From positions 434,001 through 498,000 of the forward strand of contig MU008150.1 in the NCBI GenBank assembly GCA_010909165.1: DNA of 64,000 nucleotides. Direction: 5' to 3'. The notes under the pieces were generated by a model. That model worked only from the letters and a program-made list of their open reading frames with translations, was not told the origin of the DNA and did no database searches. Positions 12,531 to 24,965 of the stretch are shown here, piece after piece (positions within the stretch are counted from its first letter, which is position 1; the number at the start of each line of letters is the position of its first letter). The DNA comes from Anthoceros angustus (Eukaryota > Plantae > Anthocerotophyta). The position numbers and the translations under genes are program-made.

Positions 12531-15030
12531 ATGCCTGCCTCTCTCAAGCCTACGGGTGGATGCAGCAGTAGCAGCCATGGCAGCGTGCGCATGTGGGGCT
12601 ATCTGCCTGCTGCATCTGTGAACCGGGCTCCCTTGACGCAGCCATCTCCTTTGCCGCCTCCAGCTCCGCACGAAGGTTGGAAGGCTGTTTCCGGTGGTGG
12701 GTGCGGCTTTGCAGTCGCCATTTCCGGTAGGTATGCCATGCTGGGCTTGGATGCTTGGAGCAGCAGTGGTGGGAATTATGAGCTCGTTTTGCTCTATTTG
12801 CGTTGTTGGCGGCAGATTCTGGGAAAATCTACACTTGGGGCTCGGCGACGGACTCCGGCCACGGCCAGCCGGTTTCGGAGAGACTGCAGGTAAGTGCCCC
12901 GCTTCGTGCTTTGTTGTGCGCATTGCTGTGTGGGCTGTGTGAGCAGGGAATTGGGCCTGCCGCTCTTCAGCTTTGGGTGGTCAGTCCTCGGTATGCGGGT
13001 GGGTGGGATTGTCAGTAACTGTTGCTTGTGACAGGTGCGGCCAAAGGAGTTTGCTTTGCCTGATAGTGCTCCCATTGTGCAAGCTGCAGCAGGATGGGCC
13101 CATTGTGTCGCAATTGCCGGTTGGTTGCATGCTGTGGAAACCACCTGTTTTTTCTTCTTTGACCTGGAGGCTGTGGGATTGACTTGCTCTTCCTGGGTGC
13201 TCAGACAGTGGGAAGGTGTTCACGTGGGGATGGAGTGAGTGCGTGCCTCACGTAAAACTGGAGAAGGAGCAGGAAGTCCTTGCCACAAATTTAGGGAAAG
13301 ACAGTCGAAGGAAAAGTCAAGGAAGGGAGGCATTGGTGTCGTGTGCCGGGGACCACCAGCACGATGGCCATGATCCTGTTTCAGCGACTATGTCAGCCTG
13401 CAATTATGGGGGTGCAGACTCCTCTGGACAACGGCAATTGTGTCCTCTTAACACTATATGCGTAGACAGTCAAGGTGAGGGAGAGAATACGCCTGACACA
13501 GCAGAGCCTTCACTTAAACCAATGGCCCCCAAAGGTTGTGAAAGGATGTCATGGGAAGCAAACAAAAGGAGAAAAATCGGGAGTCTTGAGGAGGCCCCTA
13601 CTCCTGGGCCTGAAGACAGCGTCAGTGCCCCTCCATGTATTGTCAGTTTAGGTGTGGGAATTAGAATCGTCGCTGTGGCAGCCGGAGGACGTCACACTCT
13701 TGCACTGTCAGGTATCCCTCAGTTGTTCTTGGTTTTCCTTGACCCAGGTACCTCATTCTTTGAGAACTTGTCGTCAAACCTCTTATCTTCTTGCATGACA
13801 TGCAGATACAGGCAAAGTTTGGGGATGGGGATATGGCGGAGAAGGACAGCTGGGATTGGGTGCCCGCCTGCGGACAGTAGCTGTTCCGCAGTTGATTCCG
13901 TCTTTGGCATCAGACTCGTTCTGGAATGGTCGTAGCCACATTCCCGGGACTCGCATACAGGCCCTGGCTTGTGGAGGGCGTCACAGTGCTGTTGTCACGG
14001 GTAAATTCACTTGCTCTAAGTCTTACCCCTTGTCTGACCTTCTGCAGCTGCCCCCTTGGACTTATGTATTGCTCTTGGTCAGCTATTCACAGTACGTGGA
14101 ACAGGTCGAAATGTCTAATTTTCCTTGTCATTCACCTGTTTTCCAGATGCTGGTGCACTTTTGACTTTCGGATGGGGGCTCTACGGACAGGTGAGTAGAA
14201 GGAGATCCAAAGTTGTCTTCACGACATCATGATGTAGGTCCAGTCTTGTGTCTATATGCAGATCTAAGTGGTCACTCTGAATTGTCACTGTTGCGCCCTC
14301 TAGTGTGGACAGGGTTGTACAGAGGACGAATTAAGTCCGAGGCATGTATCAGAATTAGCAGGGCTGCAAGTCACAGGTATTGCTGCTGGCTTATGGCACA
14401 CGCTGTGTGTAACTGAGTTGGGGGCTGTCTATGCTTTCGGTGGTAACCAATTTGGTCAGCTTGGAGTCGGTGGCGATCACGCAGAGGTTTGGCTGCATTG
14501 AGCTTCGTTTTCGTTCATGGGAAAAAGTCTGACGATGTGGCGACTCTAAACTTTATGTTGCGTTGTGTATCCATTTCGCAGATGCTTCCAAAGCTTGTGG
14601 AAGGGGATTTGGACGACGAAACTGTGGTGGCCCTGGATTGTGGTGCTAGACACACTGTGGTTTTAACAGGTTGCTCATGTCTAGATATCTTCTTGAAAGG
14701 CTGGGATTTTGCATTGCCACGGACTTCTAATGCGTTTTGCGGATGATGCAGATAATGGGAAGGTTTTCTGCTGGGGCTGGAACAAATACGGACAGGTACA
14801 GATGCATAGCTTACTGTGACCTCCGAGCTCTGACATTTCACTTCATTCTTCTGAACAGCGTGCTTGTTGTGTAACGTGTGCTGTGACAGCTGGGGCTCGG
14901 AGATACGGTTGATAGAGACACGCCAGTCCAGTTAAACTTTGCAGATGGTGTCGTCAAGAGTATCTCTTGTGGGTGGTGGCACACTCTCGCACTTGTACAC
15001 GATAAAGATGGATTGTCTGTTGAGCGGTGA
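12531..15030 (+). CDS. RCC1-repeat protein resembling the Arabidopsis TCF1/At3g53830-type subfamily, ~10 exons
   Basis: MWGYLP...GGGCGFA, AAGWAHC, AAGGRHTL, WGYGGEGQLG, ACGGRHS, AAGLWHT, FGGNQFGQLG, GWNKYGQLG, CGWWHT. GT-AG junctions are in phase; stop TGA at 15028-15030. Confidence 0.92.
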
Positions 15031-15251
15031 TGTACAGCTTTAAGTTTCTCGATCAGTTCAGCACATAAAGTAGTTAATCTGGTTTCCAGATTATGAGACA
15101 GCCAGAAACTTTTAAGTTCCAACAATAACCCCTTACCATCCTCCAGTCCAAATCGGGTCCGAATCGGTCCAGCCTGTGACCTCGGGTTTTGAGCACAGAG
15201 AATCAGATGTTTCAGTGCATGTGATCACTAATTATCACAAGCCACGCTGCA

Positions 15252-15331
15252 CTCGATTTCTTTACTTCGACCTAGAAGGGGAATAGGAGACCTCGATTTC
15301 TTTACTTCGACCTAGAAGGGGAATAGGAGAC
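15252..15331. repeat. Perfect 2 x 40-bp tandem duplication
   Basis: CTCGATTTCTTTACTTCGACCTAGAAGGGGAATAGGAGAC at 15252-15291 and 15292-15331. Confidence 0.95.
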
Positions 15332-16030
15332 TTTATTATAGAAAAGGGATGGGAAAGACCCATGCACCCCAAAAACAAAGGGGGAAAAACCCAACGCAGA
15401 GCACCATGCAAGGGGACTAGCCCCATGATCTCGCATCTCAAAACTACCAACCGCCCGAAGAACTTCGTGGTCAGGAATGTGAAAAGGCCTACTTACCACC
15501 GATGTCGAAGAAACCGCATCTCCCGCGGTCGCTGTCGTTCTGTACACTACATTGGCCAACGCCCTCTGCAGAGCGATGGAAACCCTCTGCCAGATGAAAG
15601 CAAAAATACTAGAAAGGAGGAGACCAACCCATTCTTGCAGCTGTGATAAGCCTTAGCGCAGGTCTTGACGAACTTGGAGAAATCCTTGCCCATGGCTCCA
15701 TGAGTCTAGATGGCAAGGGGGACGAAGGTGTGCCCATCCTGCATAAGAGAGTACTTGTGGACGTTACCCGTTGCGCAAAGAGAGAGAGCCCAGCTCCCTA
15801 AGAAAGCCGCTGGCGCAGAGGCCTCCATGGCCAACAAACTGGTGCCCCCAAAAGCGACGGGAAGGAACACCTGCCGCTTTGCAAGATCCCCAACCGCACA
15901 CTCTAAAGTACCTGGGCCCGATGATGTCGCCTAAAACCTGCATAAGCTGCTTGTCGAAATCCCTTACGTTAGACAAGAAAATCGGAAGAGAACCAGCTTC
16001 AACCTAGAGCGAAAGGGATATCGTAGATTC
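15252..16030 (-). mobile_element. CRE-like (RLE-type) non-LTR retrotransposon 3' part, internally deleted
   Basis: DFDKQLMQVLGDIIGP, AAFLGSWALS, HKYS..QDGHTFVPLAI*THGAMG, QRVSIALQRALA. Homologous to 42060-42955 and 58480-58895. Confidence 0.7.
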
Positions 16031-16595
16031 AGCGACGTGCTGCTTTCCATAATTGATTCCATCTTCTCTGTGAAGACTTAATAACCAAGCTCTTATGCCA
16101 TAGATTGCACACAGACCTGCAAATGACATCTGCAAATCACGAGCTGCACCTGGGTAGCTCTTGTGTCATGCTGCTCCCTTTTAGACATTGGTATTAAACA
16201 GCGTTTGGGTAGAAAGGGGTTTCTCCGGCAAAAAAGGGTTATGGCTAAAATCCCATCTTTTTTTGGGCAAAACTGCGTATTCGGTTTTTTAAGGCTTTTT
16301 TTGATGGTGTTTGCTAATTTTAATGTGGTGTTCAAACCCGCGCCGCCACACCCTACATGTTCATTTAGTCACAATGTGCCGCATCCATGGTAGGACACCG
16401 CGATTTTGAAGAGGTGAAGATAATCAGAACCGTCAGTTATATGCTATTTGTTTATGTTCGCCGTTCATCCCATACAAGCGTTTTTGTTAGAAAACAGACA
16501 ACAAGAGATGAGTGTGCAAGCTTGTTTGCACAAAATGAGCAAGAAGATCTAGGTGCGCAAATATGTTTACGCACTCGGGGGCAAGAAGACGCAGG

Positions 16596-16870
16596 TGTGC
16601 GCACCTGGGGGCAAGGGGAGCCAAGTGGGCGAACAAGTGCATGCACCAGGGGACAAGGGCGCCCAAGTGGGCGAACAAGTGTGTGCACCAAGGGGCAAGG
16701 GGTCCCAGCTGGGTGAACAAGTGCGTGCACCATGTGGCAAGGGGGCCCAAGTGCGTGCACTTCTGTGCGCACCAGGGGGCAAGGGGGCACAAGTGCACGC
16801 ACTTGTGCGCGCACCAGGGGGCAAGGGGGCCCAAGTGCACGCACTTGTGCGCGCAAGGTCAAGAAGGGCC
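16596..16870. repeat. GC-rich ~42-bp minisatellite (~6.5 units) with internal palindromes
   Basis: Consensus near GTGCGCGCACCAGGGGGCAAGGGGGCCCAAGTGCACGCACTT. Confidence 0.9.
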
Positions 16871-17615
16871 TAGGGGCATAAACCCATATGGTTCATGCCT
16901 CCTAGTGCATTCCCAGACGGTTCATCCAAAGAATAAAAGAATAAAAAATCTAAAAAATATGAAAAATCCCAAAAAATACAATTTTTTTGAGGAAAGTGCG
17001 CGCACAAATGCGCGCACTTGCCCTAAAATTTTGGAATTTTTTTGCGCTATGTTTGTATTTTTTTGATATTTTAGTTGTTTTAAAGGGTTCCTTTCGGCGT
17101 TTTCAACCCTTTTTGTGCATCTCCCTAATGTAGATATGTCCTTATCTTGACTTAGCCCTCATCTTTTTTCAAGTGGTTAAAACTTTGAACTAGTAGTGAG
17201 AACCTTTTGCATCTTTTGAATCTTGAGACGTTTGGCGTGAGCCAGCTCCAAGTACAAACCATACCACTCTCATTCTCGCACTGCACGCGGATCAAGAGCA
17301 TCGTGTCAATGAAGATATTATTGTCCCAATGTCTAAGAAACAAAGTCCTGTAGAATTCTCATAGCAAGAATATAGTCTTAGGATTGATTGGTATGAGTGA
17401 AAGGTTGAAGCGCAAACTTGTTTGCGCACCAGAATCACAACAAGCCCTAAAAACTCTAAATGTTTGTACATGTGCTAGTTGTAAGACCTTCTTTTAAGAA
17501 GGCTCATAATTGGATGAAGTTTAAAATCAAATACATTTGTGCACGCGTAAACAAGGCCTAAACTATTCAAAACAAGAAGGGTACCTGTGGAGGGGAGGAA
17601 ACTGCTGCCCTAAGA

Positions 17616-18830
17616 GTGGAGACTGGTCTGCTGGAGGAGGCAGTTGCGGAGGGGGGCCAAGGAACGCCTGCATATGATGGTCAGGAGGTCGGCGAGGAGA
17701 AGGACACTAGCGGCAGCGATGATGAGGAAAGCGCGAGCGAGGAGGCAGATGTGGAGATGGCGGATGATGAGGTGGAGACGGACATAACGACTACATTGCC
17801 ACTACCTGAAATTGGAGAATTGACGGAGCAGTTGGACGGTAAGCCACTAGACAACGTCATTGCCGTGTTGTGCAGGCTGCATGGGCGTGGTCGAGTGTAC
17901 ATGGCTATGAGCCGGTTATGCGATGGAGGTTAGGTGGAGAATGAGGAGGAGGAGGAAGAGTCATCCGATGAGGAAGGACAGTTGAGGAAGGCCTTCCACC
18001 AACGTGTGTTGGAGCTAGTGTGCACGAAAATGGAGTTGATGGTGCCATGGTCGAGCCACGACGACAGTTTGAGGGACAGACTGGTGAGGAAGGTAGAGTA
18101 TGAGTTCCCAAGTATAGATCGCGAGGATATTGTGGCCAGGTTTGTAGGTGCATCACGGAAAAGGAACCACAATGTGGGAAAGAAGGTGCAGCAAGCTACA
18201 ATTATCTGGAGGGAGAAGGGGAAGGATGCAAAATGGCTGCATCCGCCAAATGTGAGCACGAAGGCATGGACATGGGCTGTGGAGCAAGCTGTGGTGACAT
18301 TGCAGAAGCATGGTGGTGTGTGGCCAACACCACAGCAAGCAGCCGCAATGTCGGCAAGACTTGCCAAGCACGAGCAAGGGACCAATCCCTTTGGTCCCGT
18401 TGGAGGGGTTTTTCCAGTAACCCCTTTTTGCACACGGACTTTTGCAAACCCCAAATTGCATGCTAAAAAATCCGAACTAAAATTGGGGGTTGTCCATCGC
18501 CACCGAACAGAAGGTCCACAAAACCAATGGCCTCTCTCTCGCCAGCAACACGGTCGGCCTCTTGGGCAGCACCACCATGCTTCTCCCGATCACCACAGTC
18601 CTCTTTCTCCGGACTCACGCCAAATTCCTCCTCCCCTCCGGATGTCACGGCCCTGGCAGATTCCTCCTAAAGGAGTTCGAGAAACGGTATCTGCAACAGT
18701 GGGGAGGGAGCGCGACACTGGATGAGTTGAAGTGGGCAGCAAGGCATGGATTGGAGAGCATGCCGGAGTACTGGAGTGGTATAGTGGTCGTTGAGGGTTA
18801 ATGGAATGCTTGGTTGTGCGCAAGTTTGGT
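17616..18830 (+). mobile_element. Transposon-like ORF remnants, possibly CACTA TnpA/Ptta-type
   Basis: Acidic N-terminal tract, then LRDRLVRKVEYEF...HPPNVSTKAWTW...PTPQQAAAMSARL. Loosely resembles En/Spm ORF2 proteins (recollection only). Confidence 0.35.
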
Positions 18831-20272
18831 GCGACGTACTGATATGTAGGACGTGAACTCTAAGTGATGTGTGTGCATGACTGCAGGGAAGAAGGGGAAG
18901 GGAAAGCTGGTGGAAGGTGAAGGCCATGTCAAGAAGGAAGGCACAGATACCAGTGGAGAGAAGGAAGATGGAGGAAAGGTGGCAAACAGGGGGGCGTCAC
19001 CGTCAAGTGATGCCGGAGGCAACGTAGATGGTGGGGAACATGGATGTGTGATGGCATTGCCACCGACAAGGCGTATCACACGATTTATGTCTAAAAGCGT
19101 GAGTAAGGTGGTAAACTGAGGGATTGAATGCTATTTGTTTATTGTCTGTAACTGTGAAAGTGGTGTTTTGGCAGCCTATGGGGCCAGGAGTGAAGGGGCT
19201 AGCCATGGAGGCCAGTGGGTCGAATGCGAGCCCACAGAAGGTGGACCACACCAGGAGGAAACGAGGAGGTGCTGAGCGAAGAGGGTCAAGCAAAAGACAA
19301 CGGGTGTTGAAGCTGCAAGAGGAGTCCAAGTCGGATGTTGGCGAAGGGCTGTAGGCGCAGCGACATAGGAATGGTTGGTAGCAGTCCATGGCTAGGCGGA
19401 ACCCTTGATGCTGACGATGGTGGGATGTAATGATGCCAGGATGTTCGGACCATGCATGCAGAGGTTAGAAACCACGGTGAACGAGGGAGAGAATGCGGGA
19501 GCGCATGCCGAATGCAATCTGGAAAACAACCGTGGCAGGTGGGCCGTTGATGGAGGGGGAATGTGAATGTTTAGAGCCATTTTCTTGCAGACGCTGGAGT
19601 CGCCAGTGCATGGGTGGACCGGTGATGGTCAATCAGCAACAAACAGAGGGAATTGGTCTTCCCACCTTTGTAGTCTAGCATTTACAGGGGTCCTCACGCT
19701 TATGTTCATATCACTTGGAAGACGCACATGTTCGTAGTTAAAGCCAATGGCATCAGTGGCAACAAAGCTGAAAGGGATAGAGGACGCTTGAAGTGTCCAA
19801 AAATTCCAATTAATTTGTCAATAAAATCAAACATATATATATGCAAGGTATGAGAGTGACGTAAGGGTTAGCACATACATATTAGTACATAAACAAGTCT
19901 TGAAGCCTATATACATATATACGTATACAAAGGAGGTAAATATAAGTACACTAATATAATATAAGTATAACAGAAGGATGTGTACATATATATGTACACA
20001 TACTTACACATACTTATGTCTTGAAGCCTATATACATATATAGGTATACAAAGGATATGCAAAGGAGGTAAAATAGGAAGAGAAGGATACCCCCGGGGGA
20101 GAGAGAGGTCCTTGTTACAATCATGTTGCAAGAGGAAGAGGGGAAGAGTATAAAATGGTTGTGATAGGGGAGCTCCTTCTCACAGTCATGATGGAGGAGA
20201 AGAAGTAAAGAGTATAAAAAGGGTGTGATAAGGGGAGCAATAACTAGTAGGGTGAGGTGAGAGGAGAGAGGA

Positions 20273-20655
20273 GAGAGACCAAGCATTGTGTTAAGATGGT
20301 GTGAGAAGGTGGATAAGAAATTGACTCCCTGAACACCAAGCCACCAAAGAGTGTTGCAATTTTGAAGTGGTACATGAAGTGAGAGACCAAGCATTGTGTT
20401 AAGGAAGAGAAAAAATTGACCAACTGAACACCAAGCCATCAAAACGTGTTGCAAGTTGGAAGTGTACACAACGATTGCAACAAGGGCAGGTGGGAAATTA
20501 TTAACAATGCTTGTGAGAGAGGGGGTGTACCCATAAGGGTGAGGTGGGAAGAGAGAGTGCCAAGTTCGTGTTAAGATGGCTGCACCAAACGGGGACAGAA
20601 CTGACAAACTTAATACCAAGCCTCCAAAGCATGTTGCAATATGGAAGTGTAACAA
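20273..20655. repeat. Three degenerate ~100-bp direct repeats
   Basis: GAGAGACCAAGCATTGTGTTAAG...ACCAAGCC..CAAA..GTGTTGCAA...GAAGTG at ~20273, ~20381 and ~20553. Confidence 0.75.
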
Positions 20656-21895
20656 AAAATTGCAACATCGACTGTAACATAGGCTGCCCTTTTCTAGTAG
20701 GGTTTGTTTCCTAGAGTTCCTCTTGTCATCGCAAAAATGGAAACGCTATACGAAATGCATAGTATATCATAAACCATTTGTTTCCCAATATTCTTCTTTT
20801 CACAACCAAAATGGAAACGCTTTATGGAATACACAACATATCACAAAGCATGTAGACATGTACCACATGAAAAATTTGCACAGCGAGAATGCTCATGCTG
20901 AATTCTTAGATTGCACTACATAACTCATATTTTACGACTAAACTCATAATTTTCTTTAAGACATAACTCATAAATACAATATAACTCATCATTTTCTTTA
21001 GTTGTGCAGTTCTTATTTTCCTATGTCTATGCACACGCAAGTGCCTTAGGTGTCTGTAATCACTCTCTTTCATGAAGGTCATCTTTGTTCTTGAATTATG
21101 CTTGTCGATGTATATGTTGGAGTGTGTGCATGTAGGATTACTAACATTAAATTCTCATTTTACCATAAATTAGAGACTACCTGATATTCCTATTCTTATT
21201 TTGCTATAAATGGAGAGACTAACTGACAATCTTAAACTCATTTTGCCATAAATGAACAGATTAGTCAACCCCAAAGCACTACAAAGAGTTTAATGCCGAA
21301 TTCCATATTTCAAAGAGGAGAGCTATAAGCTCTTTGGTTGTCTAGACTATTGTGCTGGTAGAACAAACCAATACTTATAATCCGAAGTTAAAGCAACCTT
21401 GAGTCAGACTCTAATTCCACATTGACTAGGGGAAACACAGAAACGAAGGAGACATGCAATGTTAAGTAGTTATTCATATACATGTACAAGTATAAGTATA
21501 TGACTAGATAAGTCATATTATGTGATAGTATTAATGCATTTGTATGAGTGTATGACTTGACAAATGATACCAAATGCAACAGTCTAAACTGCACAAGATT
21601 GATTGGACTCGGAATGTCGAGTCTCCTCCAGCTCGGGCCTTTTATTCTTGTTATTTAGTTGGTGCTGCAGTTAAGCAGGCATGTAAGATGGAGTTAAATA
21701 CTAGTGTCTTAATTATCCTATTTTCCTAATATCTAATCATAACTAACACTTCTCATGCGTATCCACCTATTCTTATATACGCTCATATATTTACTCCATA
21801 AATATCCTCGTCCGCATTGCGTGTTACACTTCATGCATGTACATTGAGAACTTTTTAAATTGCTCTAGTTTGATCTTCACTCTGCACTTGGTAAC

Positions 21896-22010
21896 TTTCG
21901 CCCTCTAGTGTAGCTGACTATTGGTATTTCAATAGGTAGCGCATGTAGAGGCCTTTCGTCCTCTAGTGGAACTTATTACTGGTATTTCGATAGGTAGCGG
22001 ATATAGAGGT
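21896..22010. repeat. 2 x 58-bp degenerate tandem repeat, each unit bounded by CCTCTA...TAGAGG
   Basis: TTTCG(C/T)CCTCTAGTG...TGGTATTTC(A/G)ATAGGTAGCG..T(G/A)TAGAGG occurs twice. Confidence 0.8.
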
Positions 22011-23574
22011 GTTGTGTTGGAAACACCTGGCTTGGTATTTAAAATATTAGTTCGCAATACTTGGCACGCTTTTATTAAGTGTATGTTAAAATCATCCTAC
22101 ACACCTTTTCAGTTTGTTTGGTCCACATGAGTTACTCGGGGCTTTCCATGTCACCACATTCTCAATCTTGGTGTGCATCCTTCAGTCGATACATTTGCAT
22201 ACATGTATGTACATAGTGTTGGCAGTAGTTGTTATCACAAACCTTCCAGAAAATCAGCAGAGCCTTAGCAACTAGCAGCATCGGACGCCTTAGTAGCCAA
22301 TCATGAGAGCGGTCAAATAGCAAAGAACCTAACCGACACCTGACCCGAACCATCCGCCAACAACCCAGCTCATGATCAGTGAATCATCGCACTTCCTTCT
22401 CCTACAGAGAAACCACACTTCCTAGCAAATTTAGTTGAGAAGAGTAGACGTTGTGAGCATCTGTCCTGGTTGAGTGGAGAGTTCCCACAGAAGCGCGAAT
22501 TAGGAGCTCACACACACACGATCTTGTGCTCACACAATCGCGCGACATCACGCTCCAACACAGATTGAATTTCATGAACAGGAAGAAAACATTTGTGAGC
22601 CAAATGCAGCCGCAATTGCGGTGGCGCTTCCGCAATTATAGACTCTCTCAACTAAACTCTACCTACGAAGCACATGACTTTTTAAGCCTGCATGTGCTTG
22701 ATCAGTCTCCATCTGGCATTGGTTGCCACATCTACGCCATCAGTCCACAATGCGTTTGCTCTCTCGCCATCATCAGGCGATCTCCGGCAAAACCTAAATC
22801 CGCTAGTACCTTGTTCACACTGTCACCATCCATTTCCTAGCCTAATTTATACTCAAGCTACATATCATGCCACTGAGCATACATATATATGCTAACTAAA
22901 CAAGTAACTCGACTCCCTCATCTTGTGCTCACACATTGCAACATGACACTGATCTAGTAGTGACTGCAAGAACGAATCACAAAGAATGCGGTGGACTGAG
23001 CTTGTTGGTGGTGCGCAGCGACAATAAGATTGGGTGTCGAGGAGCCAAGAATGCCCAAGAACTGTTGACGTGTGCATCTTTGCAGCGATGAGGATGTAGG
23101 TTGGCGTGGTTGACTGATTCAGTAGTTTTCAGCAAATCCCTTTGACCTAAGAGCGCTCCTGCTCGTGTATGCACCATTGGAGGATGCTGCCTTGTCTTAT
23201 CTTTCAACATGCAAACACCATTGAGGTGCTTTTTATAGATGTGTGTGAACATAATCATTCTTACATTTGTATGTGTATTAGGGACATGGCGGAGGAGTGG
23301 GGAGGGAGGCTCTCTCAAGGCATGCCTCATTTCGTTGAAACAGGACGAACTTTGCTATCTGTCGCCTTTCCACATGCTGCTTGCACCGATTTCTTGGATC
23401 TTATTCGTATGATAACTTGGGCAGCTTTAGAGCTGCTGCTGGTTGCAGCTTTGCTAGCATTAGGGTAGTTGCTATGTGATGACCATTTTGCTGTAGGACC
23501 TACCGGAAAGCTGCCTCAAAATCTGGTGTGCACACTCCAAAGTATTTGTCCGAAGTACTTGAGTCTTGGGATTA

Positions 23575-23689
23575 TAGGAATGTGTGTTGGCTAGCCAAAC
23601 TACTTGCCTCTATGAGTGTTTGAGCATCTCACTGATATAAAAGAGCACCAATGTGGGCTAGCAGTTTGGCTAACCAACACACATTCCTA
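23575..23689. mobile_element. MITE-like 111-bp element or hairpin; 25-bp inverted arms flanked by TA
   Basis: TAGGAATGTGTGTTGGCTAGCCAAACT (23575-23601) and AGTTTGGCTAACCAACACACATTCCTA (23663-23689) are reverse complements with 1 mismatch. Confidence 0.7.
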
Positions 23690-24377
23690 GCTAGCACAAC
23701 AAGAATTTGTAGATTTATTATTTTTTTTTGCAAGGAACTATTATTCGATAAATCTAATACTGTAATATTTAATATATCAAAACCATTACTCAAATGACAA
23801 AATTTGCATATTAGTACATTTAATCTGTCATCAGTAGAGTTTTGAACTTGTTTTATATCTAATATGATGGAATTGATGTTTTGCTGCAGATTATTAGAAC
23901 TAAGAGTTATATGACTAGACCTTAAATTGAAATATGTTGAAAAGCTAATGCAATAGATTTAATTTGCAGTGGACTAAAAGGTGTATGCAAATTTCGCCTA
24001 CCAAGTTTAATTAGTTTGCATTAATCATCTGACTTAATCAAAATGGATCCAATGAGATTACAAAGTTTTTTGAAAACTTCTTTTTTTTTCTTCAACATGT
24101 AAGTTCACTCTCTTTTAGAGTCTAATCTTGTGGTCTTTGTAATGTTTCTCCTATTTTGCAGCCTTGAATCTCCTTCAATATCCTTATCTACCAGAATTTA
24201 AGGAATGTATGGTATGTTGACAAGGATTAGATGCACAAATTGTGCATCATAAAGTTATAAGTTTGAGCATCTTCTTAATGCATATGTTGCAACTAGATGA
24301 TCTAGGATAGAATATTGATTGAGAAATGAATGCCTTCGTAAGCAGAAAGTGATGTGCTCAAACATTGAGAGCAAGGT

Positions 24378-24650
24378 GCTCTGATACCACGATGAAAATC
24401 ACGTGCTTGCTCTGAGAATTTCTTAAGAAACTACTTCTAGCCCTTAGAATTAATTAATCATTAATTCTATGGGTTATAGGTACCATAACGAATAGTGCCC
24501 TAAATAGGTAAGTATTTTATGAGTAAGTGGTAACAGATTAGGGTTCGAACAACACAGATGAGACAAATATTGTAAGTTCTATCCATGACAAGCATTTATT
24601 AGCAATACTTAATTATGTGGATTTCTCACCCATAGTGTAAGTTAGCAACA
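24378..24650 (-). mobile_element. LTR-retrotransposon 5' remnant: tRNA-iMet PBS plus candidate LTR
   Basis: TGGTATCAGAGC on minus at 24378-24389, 3 nt after CA (24393-24394). Possible LTR start TGTTGC at 24650. Internal region is decayed. Confidence 0.55.
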
Positions 24651-24843
24651 GTTTAGACAAGTCTAGTCTCGAAAGACTCCTCCCGCGCATTTAGACTAAT
24701 TGCAAGCATATTTCCATGGGTAAAGATTCCAATCGGCCCAAGAAATTTGAGCATGAAGTCATAAAACTATATTTGCATTATGATAGCTTGTTTTTCAATG
24801 GTCTCGCGCTTTATGGGCTCGCACGTGGGAAATCGGCATATGC

Positions 24844-24965
24844 CACTACAAGAAACTCAAGGGTTTTACAACAAGGGTTTTGAACGGTTGCACAGACTTA
24901 CAACACTATACAACTTGTTAAACCCCCATTGTAGAAGCTTTGGTACTTTTACAACAGGGGTGGGA
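24844..24965 (+). mobile_element. CACTA left terminus with subterminal repeats
   Basis: CACTACAAGAAA at 24844-24855 matches the canonical En/Spm TIR start. TTTTACAACAAGGG and TTTTACAACAGGGG motifs follow. Confidence 0.7.

Noticed and set aside
16452-17066. Several overlapping ORFs with Cys/His/Trp repeats
   Set aside because: These arise from a stop-free 42-bp GC-rich array open in most frames; no coding signal.
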